64,000 bases of DNA from an uncultured Verrucomicrobiae bacterium (lineage in GTDB: Bacteria; Verrucomicrobiota; Verrucomicrobiia; Chthoniobacterales; Terrimicrobiaceae). Position 1 is the stretch's first letter, and every line of letters starts with the position of its first letter. Below are positions 48,324 through 57,125 of the stretch, piece by piece. The notes under the pieces were generated by a model. That model did not search any database and had not been told where the DNA came from. It saw only the letters and a list, made by a program, of their open reading frames with translations. The translations under genes were made by a program, and so were the position numbers. The DNA is taken from assembly GCA_963706955.1 (NCBI GenBank), contig CAVPOC010000008.1, positions 960,001-1,024,000 on the forward strand. Direction: 5' to 3'.

Positions 48324-49901
48324 CTATTGTTTCAAGCTCCAATATGGAATATGAGTTATCTTTCTCATCGCTTCCAGGAAGATCACGCCGTGCTCTGGTA
48401 AAACGTCGCCTTCCTCGGATGAGTACATGATGCTTTCCCGAAACTGGTCCTCGCGGCCCGCGGGCATTCTCGGCACCGGGTAACCGAACTCTTTTTCAAC
48501 CAGTTGGCTGTGCGCAGCTTCAGCAGATTCACCGGGCAACTCATATTCATCGCCGAGTCCGAGCATGTGGCCGAATTCATGAGCGGCCGTGTCGTCCTGA
48601 ATATCCATGTACGCCAGGACCACAATCCCTGAGCTGACTCTTGAGCCTTTGCCGGGCGCATAATCACCGCGATAGACTTTTATCTTGAAGAGCTGTTTGC
48701 CTCCGGGAATATCTTTCCCGACATCATCGACCTTGACGATGACGTTGGCTTTGAGGTGCTCCAATCCCTCTTCGTAACAATAGAGCGTATGCTTATTTGA
48801 CCAGGTCTGCTCGGCGATCTGAATAAATTTCGTCCGCCACTGCTCAATTTCGTTGCCGGCCCAGACCTTTGCAGAAGCATTAGGATCGCTCCCGGTGGTC
48901 GCGGTAACACTCTGCTTCGGTTTTGAATCCTCAAAAGTGAAATGCACCGGCACAGTAACAGTAAGCGTTTCCTTACTGGGCGAGTACCGGGCCTGGAAAA
49001 AACCATTGTGAAAGAAAAACGCTCCCTTGTGATCGCGCGTCGGGAAGTCTGCTATTCGCTGTTCCTCTTTGACTTGCTCCCGCCAGCGCTCGATCGCCGC
49101 ATCGAAATCGGGCAGATAATCTTCATTCCGTTCCCAGGATCCCTGAAAGCCGTATGGGGCCAGAAGAGCGTAAACCCTGCTTTCCTTCCGGATCAGATAG
49201 TGAATGAAGAGATCTTTCGAATAAAGCGCTCTTAAGGTCCTCAGCCATTCAATGGACTCGTAATCAGACTTAGGCTTGGGCAGCGGGCTCCAATCACCGG
49301 CAATTCCGACGGCGGTTGCACCTGGGATCGTTTCAACCGCACCTCCGCCCGCGATCACATTCGCGACTCTATCAGCGCTTTGCTCGTGTGACGCCTCGGA
49401 ATCGGCTTCCGGTGCCGGTCCGCCTCTACTTTGCTGAATCGTGTGGACGAGTTCATGTGCGATCAACCGGCGTCCTTTGCGACTCTGTGGATCCAGTCGA
49501 TCAGCGCCGAACACGATGTCCTGGCCGACAGTGTAGGCTTTAGCGCCGATTGCTTGTGCGGATTCGGCCGCGCGTGAGGTCGCGTGGACGCGCACCTGGC
49601 TGAAATCATGACCCAGGCGCGGCTCCATAAAATTACGCACGGCGGGACTGAGGGGTTGGCCAGGCGAAGCTAACACTTCATGGACGATAGGGGGCGCTGG
49701 GTTAACTCCGGAGTTGCCTGCGTTAAGATCACCGGACCTGGCTCGTAACAGCCGCTGCATGGCTTGATTACCAATCGTGCGCTGCAAGTGCAGAATGGGA
49801 TGTGCATGATGAATCGACCCAGATGTTGCCGCGTTCGACCGAGCAAGGCTGGGGAATACTCGTTCTTGAGGTTGATTCTGCTTTTGCGCAAAGGTTCGCA
49901 T
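48324..49901 (-). CDS. DUF4157 (eCIS core) protein with C-terminal zincin metallopeptidase
   Basis: LQRTIGNQA; GQPL...FMEPRLGHDFSQVRVH...AKAYTVGQDIVF...LIAHELVHTIQQ; C-terminal AAHEFGHMLGLGDEY. Confidence 0.9.
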   Translation of the reverse strand: MRTFAQKQNQPQERVFPSLARSNAATSGSIHHAHPILHLQRTIGNQAMQRLLRARSGDLNAGNSGVNPAPPIVHEVLASPGQPLSPAVRNFMEPRLGHDFSQVRVHATSRAAESAQAIGAKAYTVGQDIVFGADRLDPQSRKGRRLIAHELVHTIQQSRGGPAPEADSEASHEQSADRVANVIAGGGAVETIPGATAVGIAGDWSPLPKPKSDYESIEWLRTLRALYSKDLFIHYLIRKESRVYALLAPYGFQGSWERNEDYLPDFDAAIERWREQVKEEQRIADFPTRDHKGAFFFHNGFFQARYSPSKETLTVTVPVHFTFEDSKPKQSVTATTGSDPNASAKVWAGNEIEQWRTKFIQIAEQTWSNKHTLYCYEEGLEHLKANVIVKVDDVGKDIPGGKQLFKIKVYRGDYAPGKGSRVSSGIVVLAYMDIQDDTAAHEFGHMLGLGDEYELPGESAEAAHSQLVEKEFGYPVPRMPAGREDQFRESIMYSSEEGDVLPEHGVIFLEAMRKITHIPYWSLKQ

Positions 49902-50153
49902 GGTTTATCTGCCTAACCTCCACCTTGAAGGTTGCATGACGCAATAGCCGGCATGCAACCTTGTTGAACAAGCCCGGATTAGAAGCAACGGGTGAAGATC
50001 AGCGCCTTGCGGATTTCATATTGACTTCGATTCCCTCCCCAGCCACCTCTCACAAATCTCTCTGAAGTGGCTTCAATAAAGGGTCACCGGGTGATCACCT
50101 CAGAAAAGCCGAATCCAATCGGTACTCAATCGTATTAATCGGATCATAGCGAA

Positions 50154-50174
50154 ATTTAGTCACTATTTAGTCAC
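50154..50174. promoter_or_regulatory. putative tyrosine-integrase arm-type binding site
   Basis: Tandem ATTTAGTCAC-T-ATTTAGTCAC about 105 bp from the duplicated tRNA end. Confidence 0.5.
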
Positions 50175-50252
50175 CAGAAATTGCTGAAATTGCGACGCGA
50201 CGGTTCTCGCAGGCGTGACTGCGGCCACGCATGGCCCTAGAGCGATTTGCGA

Positions 50253-50872
50253 TTACGAACGAAGAGCGATGTTGACCTCGGCCTGGACCCTGCGGAGTCC
50301 GTCCTCGGACGACCCTGGTAGCAGGGCGGTGATGTCTGCGATAATGGAGCGCTCCGATGGCGTGAAGCGATTCATTCTTCTCCACTCTTCGACCCAAGCG
50401 TCGATAATCTCCTTCTTGAGCTTCTTTTCACGCAGTGGGTGAGCTTCGATCGAGTCCTGATACACAGGACTGGTGTAAATGCTCTTGAGCTTATCGAGGT
50501 AGGAATGGCTCAGTGTTGTATCTCGCGAGATGTCGAGGAACGCTTCCTGCACAATTTGTCCTCTAGACTAGAAGACCGTAGACCAGCTCACGGTTGTGTC
50601 GGTTGGTCACTTCGATGAGACCGATGAAGGCACAGCCATCACCCTCCAATTCCTTTGGAACATCCGAATAGGGATTGAAGCCCTCAGCGAGTTCTTCTCT
50701 CCGGTATTGCTCGATCTTGGGGACGACGACCTTCTGCCGGTATTCGACGACGAAATCCGGCTCGTAGTCGGGGTCTTCTCTTTCGAGAGCTTCTCGCAGC
50801 GATCATCCGGTTCGCCAGCTCGTTGGGTTTGACGCCAAAATGTCTCGCCATGCGCCGGAGCTTTTCCGGCAC
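50253..50872 (-). pseudogene. frameshifted hypothetical gene remnant
   Basis: Three consecutive protein-like frames: ...ARHFGVKPNELANRMI / LREALEREDPDYEPDFVVEY...LVYGLLV / VQEAFLDIS...IALRS. Confidence 0.35.
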
Positions 50873-50927
50873 TTACGTGCTATTTCGTTCGATCTGAGGA
50901 GATGAAAAAAAAGATCCAAACTGATGC

Positions 50928-51106
50928 TATCCCGAATCGATCACCGTGGATAACGGTAGCGAGTTTTGCAGCCGAGTCATGGATGCCTGGGCCTATCGCC
51001 ACGGCGTAAAGCTGGACTTCATTCGGCCCCGGCAAGCCGGTAGAGAACGGTCCATTGTTGAGCAGAACTCCAGCTATGTCATGTCCACCTTTTGGGGTTC
51101 AGGCCA
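50928..51106 (+). mobile_element. IS3 family remnant (integrase-core fragment plus right end)
   Basis: PESITVDNGSEF.SR.MDAWAY.HGVKLDFIRP then frameshift to GKPVEN; ends GTCCACCTTTTGGGGTTCAGGCCA. Confidence 0.85.
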
Positions 51107-51130
51107 CGAAAAGCAGACCCGTCCAAGTGG

Positions 51131-52147
51131 TCAGGGCTGAATGCGTTCGCCTTCGCGGTCGAAGTAAAGCGGGTGGCGGAGATTCAATCCGACTTCGTCG
51201 CCGGTGCTAAGAGTTGATTCCGGCGGAACGAGCACGAGAACCTGCGTTCCCTTGACGTCGATGAGAAGGTTGGATTGGTTCCCGAGGTGTTCGGCGAGGA
51301 CAACTCGGCCGTCTGCTTTGCCATTTTGACCCCGGGAGATGGTAATATGTTCGGTGCGCGCGCCGAACGTCACGGTGTTCGGCGGCTTCGGTTCCGCGGG
51401 CATGAGTTCAGCCGGAATGAGGTTGATGGCGGGCTGGCCGAGCTTGAGCGCAGCGTAAATGTTGCGCGGCCTTTCATAGATCTCGCGCGGGCTGCCTTGT
51501 TGGACGAGCTGCCCTTCGCGCAGGATGCCGATGCGATCTGCCAGCGTCATCGCTTCGACTGCGTCGTGGGTCACATACAGAATGGTGGCGCCCATGTCTC
51601 GCTGGATGCGCTTGATCTCGAGTCGGAGGTCAACCCGCAGCTTGGCGTCGAGTGAGGAGAGCGGTTCGTCCATAAGGTAGATGTTCGGCTCGCGGATAAG
51701 CGCGCGTCCAATCGCGACGCGCTGCATTTCGCCGCCCGAAAGCCGCGTGGAACGGTTCTGCAGTTTGTGATCGATGCGAACCAACTTCGCGACGCGCTCG
51801 ACGCGTTGAGCGATTTCAGCCGCAGACATTTTGCGGTTGGGAGCGCGCAGCGGGAAGGCGAGATTCTCATAAACGCTCAAGTGCGGATAGAGCGAATATT
51901 GTTGGAAAACGAAGGAAACGTCCCGCTGCGCCGGAGCATCTAAGGTGGCGTCCTGCCCAGCTATGATAATGGTCCCCTCTTCCGGGTTCTCCAGTCCCGC
52001 GATCAGTCGCAAGGTGGTCGTTTTACCTGCGCCGGTCGGTCCGAGCAGCACGAAGAACTCGCCATCGCGAATCGTGAGATCGAGTTCCGAAATGGCGGTG
52101 GTCCGGCCGAAACGTTTCGAGACCTTTTTGAGTGTGACTTCCGCCAT
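51131..52147 (-). CDS. CUT1 sugar/polyol ABC transporter ATPase
   Basis: GPTGAGKTT, FQQYSLYPH, LSGGEMQRVA, DEPLSSLDAKLR and TOBE tail. Confidence 0.93.
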   Translation of the reverse strand: MAEVTLKKVSKRFGRTTAISELDLTIRDGEFFVLLGPTGAGKTTTLRLIAGLENPEEGTIIIAGQDATLDAPAQRDVSFVFQQYSLYPHLSVYENLAFPLRAPNRKMSAAEIAQRVERVAKLVRIDHKLQNRSTRLSGGEMQRVAIGRALIREPNIYLMDEPLSSLDAKLRVDLRLEIKRIQRDMGATILYVTHDAVEAMTLADRIGILREGQLVQQGSPREIYERPRNIYAALKLGQPAINLIPAELMPAEPKPPNTVTFGARTEHITISRGQNGKADGRVVLAEHLGNQSNLLIDVKGTQVLVLVPPESTLSTGDEVGLNLRHPLYFDREGERIQP

Positions 52148-52153
52148 CGGCGC

Positions 52154-53239
52154 CTATTCGTCGTGGAGAGCGGTCCGAACGGCCCGGCCGCTGGATTCGT
52201 GAAAGAGCGACAAACGGCGGAAAAGAAAGCGCAGCCCGACATTGTCACCGATCTCGACAGGCTCACTCGATGAAATCCGCGCTTTGACGGCGCCTTGGGG
52301 AGTATCCATCGTCAGAATCTGCGTCGTGCCGAGATATTCGACACCAGAAACGCTGCCCCGCAGGTCAGAGGCCGGATCGAGTCGGACATGTTCGGGCCGG
52401 ATACCAAGGAGAAAATTGTCTGCGGCGAAGCCTTCCCGCACTTCGGGGATTGGCACTTGGGCACCATTGACCTGCACGCTTGTGTCGCCGGGTCGCAATT
52501 CACCGTGAAACTTCAAAAAGCTCATGGGCGGCGAACCAATGAAATCCGCCACAAAGACAGACGCCGGTTTGTCGTAAACTTCCTGAGGCGGGCCGAGCTG
52601 TTCCATCACGCCCTGGTTCATGACCGCAATTCTGTCGGCCATGGCCATCGCCTCCATCTGATCGTGCGTGACATACACCGTCGTCGCGTCGATGCGATCG
52701 TGTAAGGTGCGCAGTTCGTTGATCATGAGATCGCGAAACTCCGTGTCGAGCGTGCCGAGCGGTTCGTCCATGAGGAAGGCTTTCGGGCGGCGGACGATCG
52801 CGCGACCCAACGCGACCCGCTGGCGGTCGCCGCCGGCGAGTCCGGAAACAGATTTGCTGAGCAGATGGTCGATTCGCAATAGCTGCGCCGTTTCCTCCAC
52901 TCTCTTCCGAATCTCCGAGCGGGAAAGGCCGGAACATTTAAGCGGGAAAGCGATGTTGTTGCGGGTGTTCATGTGCGGGTAGAGCGCGAACATTTGGAAA
53001 ACGAAGGCAATATCGCGCCTACCCGCCCGCTCAAATGTCACGTCCTCGCCGTCGAGCAAAATGGTGCCCGAGGTGGGCAGTTCCAATCCCGCAATCATCC
53101 GCAAGGTTGTCGTTTTGCCGCAACCGGACGGTCCCAGGAGGACGAAGAACTCGCCGTGGTGCACGGTAAAATCCGAGCCATTGACGGCGACGAAGTCGTC
53201 GAAGCGTTTGTGCAGAGCGGAAACCTGGATCGATGCCAT
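52154..53239 (-). CDS. CUT1 sugar/polyol ABC transporter ATPase
   Basis: GPSGCGKTT, LAGGDRQRVA, DEPLGTLD and YVTHDQ motifs. Confidence 0.93.
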   Translation of the reverse strand: MASIQVSALHKRFDDFVAVNGSDFTVHHGEFFVLLGPSGCGKTTTLRMIAGLELPTSGTILLDGEDVTFERAGRRDIAFVFQMFALYPHMNTRNNIAFPLKCSGLSRSEIRKRVEETAQLLRIDHLLSKSVSGLAGGDRQRVALGRAIVRRPKAFLMDEPLGTLDTEFRDLMINELRTLHDRIDATTVYVTHDQMEAMAMADRIAVMNQGVMEQLGPPQEVYDKPASVFVADFIGSPPMSFLKFHGELRPGDTSVQVNGAQVPIPEVREGFAADNFLLGIRPEHVRLDPASDLRGSVSGVEYLGTTQILTMDTPQGAVKARISSSEPVEIGDNVGLRFLFRRLSLFHESSGRAVRTALHDE

Positions 53240-53242
53240 GCT

Positions 53243-53494
53243 TTATTCCGGAAAATGACTAACGACGATGAACATCGCCGTTCCGATCAGAATTGTAATG
53301 AACGAGTAGGCGTAGAGCGTAAGGGAGAAGGGTTGCATGAGCAGGAAGGCTCCGGCGAGGATGAGAAAGCTGGCAACATTTTCCATGCGGCCGCGGCGCA
53401 AAGGCTTTGGCCATTTCCGCCCTGCCTCCGGCGAGGCCGCCAGACTTGGAACTGCAGATAGAGACGGAGGAATATTTCGCCTCTCACGCTTCAT
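53243..53494 (-). CDS. small 2-TM membrane protein within the ABC operon
   Basis: Fills the gap between permease and ATPase with 6- and 3-nt spacers; hydrophobic ...LMQPFSLTLY...FIVVSHFPE. Confidence 0.7.
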   Translation of the reverse strand: MKRERRNIPPSLSAVPSLAASPEAGRKWPKPLRRGRMENVASFLILAGAFLLMQPFSLTLYAYSFITILIGTAMFIVVSHFPE

Positions 53495-53500
53495 GGCGAA

Positions 53501-54454
53501 TTACTTTCTCAGCGCTCCAAAGGTAATCCCGCGCAGGAGATTCTTGCGCAGGAGAATGGTGAAAAACACGACCGGAATCATGAACAACGTCGCGCCGGCT
53601 CCCACGGCGGGCCAATCGAGGCCGCCTTCGCCAATGATCGTGGGAATAAAGGGCGGCGCCGTCTGCGCGCGGGAGGAGGTCAGGAGGAGGGCAAAGGCAT
53701 ATTCGTTCCAGGCGAAGATCAGGCAAAAGATCGCGGTGGCGGCGATGCCGGAAAGCATTTGCGGGAGCACCACCTTCGTGAATGCCTGGAAACGGGTATA
53801 GCCATCGATCATCGCGGCCTCTTCGTACTCGCGGGGAATTTCATCGACGAAACCCTTCAGCAGCCAGACCGCCAGTGAGATGTTCACCGCCGTGTAGAGC
53901 AGGATCATCCCGAGGTGCGTATCGGATAAACCAAGTTTCCGGTACATGAGGAAAATAGGGATGGCGACGGCGATCGGCGGCATCATGCGGGTCGAGAGGA
54001 TGAAGAACATCAAGTCATCCTTCATCGGGACTTTGAATCGCGAAAATCCGTAGGCTGCAAGCGTGCCCAGGAATATGGAGAGAAAGGTCGATCCGAAGCC
54101 GATGATGGCTGAATTCCAGAAGCGTTCCGCGAAACGCGAAGGCCCCGCGATCACCATGCCGTGTGATCGCACTAGCTTGTCATACCATGTCCGCGCCGTG
54201 GGCAGGCTCGCAATATACTCGGATGTCTGACGCGTTCGCGCCGTAAAGAGATTCACGTAGCCTTCCATCGAAGGCTGGAAAAGGATCTTGGGCGGATACG
54301 CAATTGAGTCCTGGGGCGACTTGAAGCTCGTCACGAAAATCCAGAGCATCGGCACCATGGTGATCAGGGCGTATGCGATCACGACAACCGCGGCGAACCG
54401 CTTGACGACGCGGCTTGGCTCGATGGCGGACAGGTTGGGAGGTGGCTTCCTCAC
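53501..54454 (-). CDS. CUT1 ABC permease (MalG-like)
   Basis: EIPREYEEAAMIDG and AWNEY motifs; GTG start overlaps the upstream TGA (GTGA). Confidence 0.92.
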   Translation of the reverse strand: MRKPPPNLSAIEPSRVVKRFAAVVVIAYALITMVPMLWIFVTSFKSPQDSIAYPPKILFQPSMEGYVNLFTARTRQTSEYIASLPTARTWYDKLVRSHGMVIAGPSRFAERFWNSAIIGFGSTFLSIFLGTLAAYGFSRFKVPMKDDLMFFILSTRMMPPIAVAIPIFLMYRKLGLSDTHLGMILLYTAVNISLAVWLLKGFVDEIPREYEEAAMIDGYTRFQAFTKVVLPQMLSGIAATAIFCLIFAWNEYAFALLLTSSRAQTAPPFIPTIIGEGGLDWPAVGAGATLFMIPVVFFTILLRKNLLRGITFGALRK

Positions 54455-55422
54455 CTTTGCTTCACCCTGTTGAGAAATTTCACGTAGATATTGGCGATCC
54501 CGAACACGGTGACGAAGAGTATCACCGCGAAGGCCGATGAATAACCGGTCCGCCATTTTTCAAATGCTTCGCGCTTGAGATTGATCGACGCCAGCTCGGT
54601 GACCGATCCCGGCCCGCCGGACGTAAGATTTACCACGAGGTCGAACATCTTGAAGTTTTCGATTCCGCGGAAAAGCACGGCGAGCATCAGAAACGGTGCA
54701 ACCATCGGCAAGGTGATGGACCAGAAAGTCCGCCATGCCGAAGCGCGATCAACCTCGGCTGCTTCGTAGATGTAATCGGGAATGGATCGCAGGCCGGCCA
54801 GGCAGATCAGCATCACGTATGGAGTCCACATCCAGGTATCCACAATGATGATCGCCCAAGGCGCCAGCTTCACGTCGCCGATCATCTGGAAGGAGGACGG
54901 ATCAGCCCCGGTGATGAATGAGACGACATAATTGAAAAGCCCAATTTGCGGCTGAAAGAGAAACTTCCAGAAGTTTCCTACCACCGCCGGCGAGAGCATC
55001 ATCGGGAGGAGGATCATCGTCGTCCAGAAGGAGTGCCCGCGGAACTTGCGGTTGACCAGCCACGCCAGCGAAAATCCCAGCAGCACTTGCAGCAGGATCG
55101 TCCAGAAAAGAAAGTGCGCGGTGATCTGCAGGGCGCTCCAAATCTCCTCGTCGTGCAGAATATTGATGTAATTAAGGATTCCGACATTTTGAATTCCCTG
55201 GACCGCCCGGTTCGCCTTGAAGTTGGTGAAGGAGAGCTGAATCGACCAAATGAGCGGAAATATATTGATGACCAGCAGTAGAAGAATGGTCGGAGCAATG
55301 AAAAGCCACGCGATCATCCGGTCGGATAGACCGTGGGACCGCCGCCTGCCCGCACCACCCCTCGGTCCTGCTGGATGCCCGTCTTCCGGAGCAGAAGAAA
55401 AGCCAATGGTGGGCGCTGGCAT
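54451..55422 (-). CDS. CUT1 ABC permease (MalF-like)
   Basis: LAGLRSIP..IYEAAEVD and FDLV..LTSGGPG motifs. Confidence 0.93.
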   Translation of the reverse strand: MPAPTIGFSSAPEDGHPAGPRGGAGRRRSHGLSDRMIAWLFIAPTILLLLVINIFPLIWSIQLSFTNFKANRAVQGIQNVGILNYINILHDEEIWSALQITAHFLFWTILLQVLLGFSLAWLVNRKFRGHSFWTTMILLPMMLSPAVVGNFWKFLFQPQIGLFNYVVSFITGADPSSFQMIGDVKLAPWAIIIVDTWMWTPYVMLICLAGLRSIPDYIYEAAEVDRASAWRTFWSITLPMVAPFLMLAVLFRGIENFKMFDLVVNLTSGGPGSVTELASINLKREAFEKWRTGYSSAFAVILFVTVFGIANIYVKFLNRVKQR

Positions 55423-55596
55423 TACTCGTTGGCTATGGGAGCCTGGGTTGGTTGGGGAATGCGTTTGCTGCTGAAGCCGCCAAAGCTCTTCGTGCCGGCT
55501 GACCGGTAAGAGGGGAACCCCGGACGCGGCGATTTTCTAAATTGCTCCCGCTACCCAAGGTCCCCGAAAGTCAACCCTTGCCGGCGCGGGAAGCGA

Positions 55597-56925
55597 TCAG
55601 AGCTTACCCTCTTCTTGGAATATTTTGTTCCAGTCTTCCACCAGCTTGTCCAGAGCCTCTTTGGCTGTCCCCTTGTCCGCCACAACGTAGTCGTGGATGC
55701 GACGCTGCATTGCTGAAAGTAGTTCGGCGTAGGCGGGTTCCTGCCAGAAATCCTTCACTTGGGACATGGCGGTGAGAAACTCTCCTGCGAACGGTGCGCT
55801 GGCCGAGAACTTGGGGTCGAGAAGAACACCTTTACTGCAGGTGTAGCCGCCGAGCGCCCACCACTTCTTCTGCACCTCCGGATCGACAAACCATTTTATG
55901 TATTCGAAAGCAGCATCCTTATTCTTCGAATAAGACACGACTGAGATGCCTTGTCCCCCTAGCGTCGAAGCCTTGACCTTCTGCTCGGGATTGACGAAGA
56001 AGCCGATCTTGTCTCCTCCCACAACGGGATCCTTGTAAAGTCCCGGGAAGAAGGCAAACCAGTTCATCATCATCGCCACCTGGCCCGATTTGAACGCGTC
56101 CAAGCCCTCTTGCATGTAGGCGTCGGTGTATCCGGGAGGCGTGCATTCCTTGAAAAGCTTCTTATAGAACTCCAATGCCTCCACCGCGGCCGGCGAATTC
56201 GTGAAACCATCCAACTGATACGGTTTGTTCGGATCGTCATAATTAACACCCCAGGCATAAAGTGCCGAGCTCAGCCCCAGGGTGATCCCTTCCGAGCCAC
56301 GCTCGGTGAAAATCGCCGCGCCATAGACTTTCTTGCCGTCAATTTCGCGTCCCTGAAAGAACTTCGCCACCTCGTAAAGCTCCTGCCACGTCTTTGGCGG
56401 GGCCAGTTCACGGTTATACTGGGCTTTGAACGCGTCCTTAAGCTCGGGTCTAGAGAACCAATCCTTCCGATAGGTCCAGCCATTGGCGTCGCCCATTAAC
56501 GGCACGGCCCAATAGTTCTTGGTCCCCTTCGGCCAGGTCGAGTAGCCCTCGACCGTGGGCTCTAGGAAGCTGTCCATCGAAATTCCCTCCTTCGTGAGGA
56601 AATCATTGAGCTTCACATAATGTCCATTCTCGGCCGAACCGCCAATCCACTGACTGTCGCCGATCAGCAGATCCATTCGATCGCTGTGTGAGTTCAGCTC
56701 ATTGAGCATTCGATCCGCAAAATTGGGCCACGGAACGAATTCAAACCCGACTTCAATGCCGGTTTTGGCGGTGAAGTCCTTCGACAACTCGACGAGCGCA
56801 TTCGCTGGATCCCAGGCTGCCCAGCCAATAGTGATTTTCTCTGCCCCGGCTGCAAGCGGGAGAGAACCGGCGAGAGCCATCAACGCAACCGTCAATGACT
56901 TTACGATGTTATTGAATCTGATCAT
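55597..56925 (-). CDS. CUT1 ABC substrate-binding protein
   Basis: Signal peptide; YRKDW, PKTWQEL and LGGQGIS motifs of family-1 SBPs. Confidence 0.92.
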   Translation of the reverse strand: MIRFNNIVKSLTVALMALAGSLPLAAGAEKITIGWAAWDPANALVELSKDFTAKTGIEVGFEFVPWPNFADRMLNELNSHSDRMDLLIGDSQWIGGSAENGHYVKLNDFLTKEGISMDSFLEPTVEGYSTWPKGTKNYWAVPLMGDANGWTYRKDWFSRPELKDAFKAQYNRELAPPKTWQELYEVAKFFQGREIDGKKVYGAAIFTERGSEGITLGLSSALYAWGVNYDDPNKPYQLDGFTNSPAAVEALEFYKKLFKECTPPGYTDAYMQEGLDAFKSGQVAMMMNWFAFFPGLYKDPVVGGDKIGFFVNPEQKVKASTLGGQGISVVSYSKNKDAAFEYIKWFVDPEVQKKWWALGGYTCSKGVLLDPKFSASAPFAGEFLTAMSQVKDFWQEPAYAELLSAMQRRIHDYVVADKGTAKEALDKLVEDWNKIFQEEGKL

Positions 56926-57125
56926 ATAAGTTCATGGGACAACGACGTGGCTGTGGGGGAAACCGCCGAACCCTTCGGGATTTTTCGCCGTTCACCCAAA
57001 CCGACTATCTGAGAAGCCCAAAAATTGCGAGCGTTTTTCTTACCTGTGCTTAGGGCGCCGGCATATTGTCCCGGAACGAGGGGAAACGCGAGTGACTGCA
57101 GGATGCCGCAGATTCCTGCGCAGCG

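Larger units (their letters stand above)
45672..50049. mobile_element. tRNA-Phe-integrated genomic island remnant (no integrase)
   Basis: 24-bp perfect direct repeat TTCGATTCCCTCCCCAGCCACCTC at 45672-45695 and 50026-50049. Confidence 0.85.

Noticed and set aside
47929..48342. immunity gene for the DUF4157 effector
   Set aside because: Only 65-88 aa ORFs with no recognisable pattern; cannot be supported
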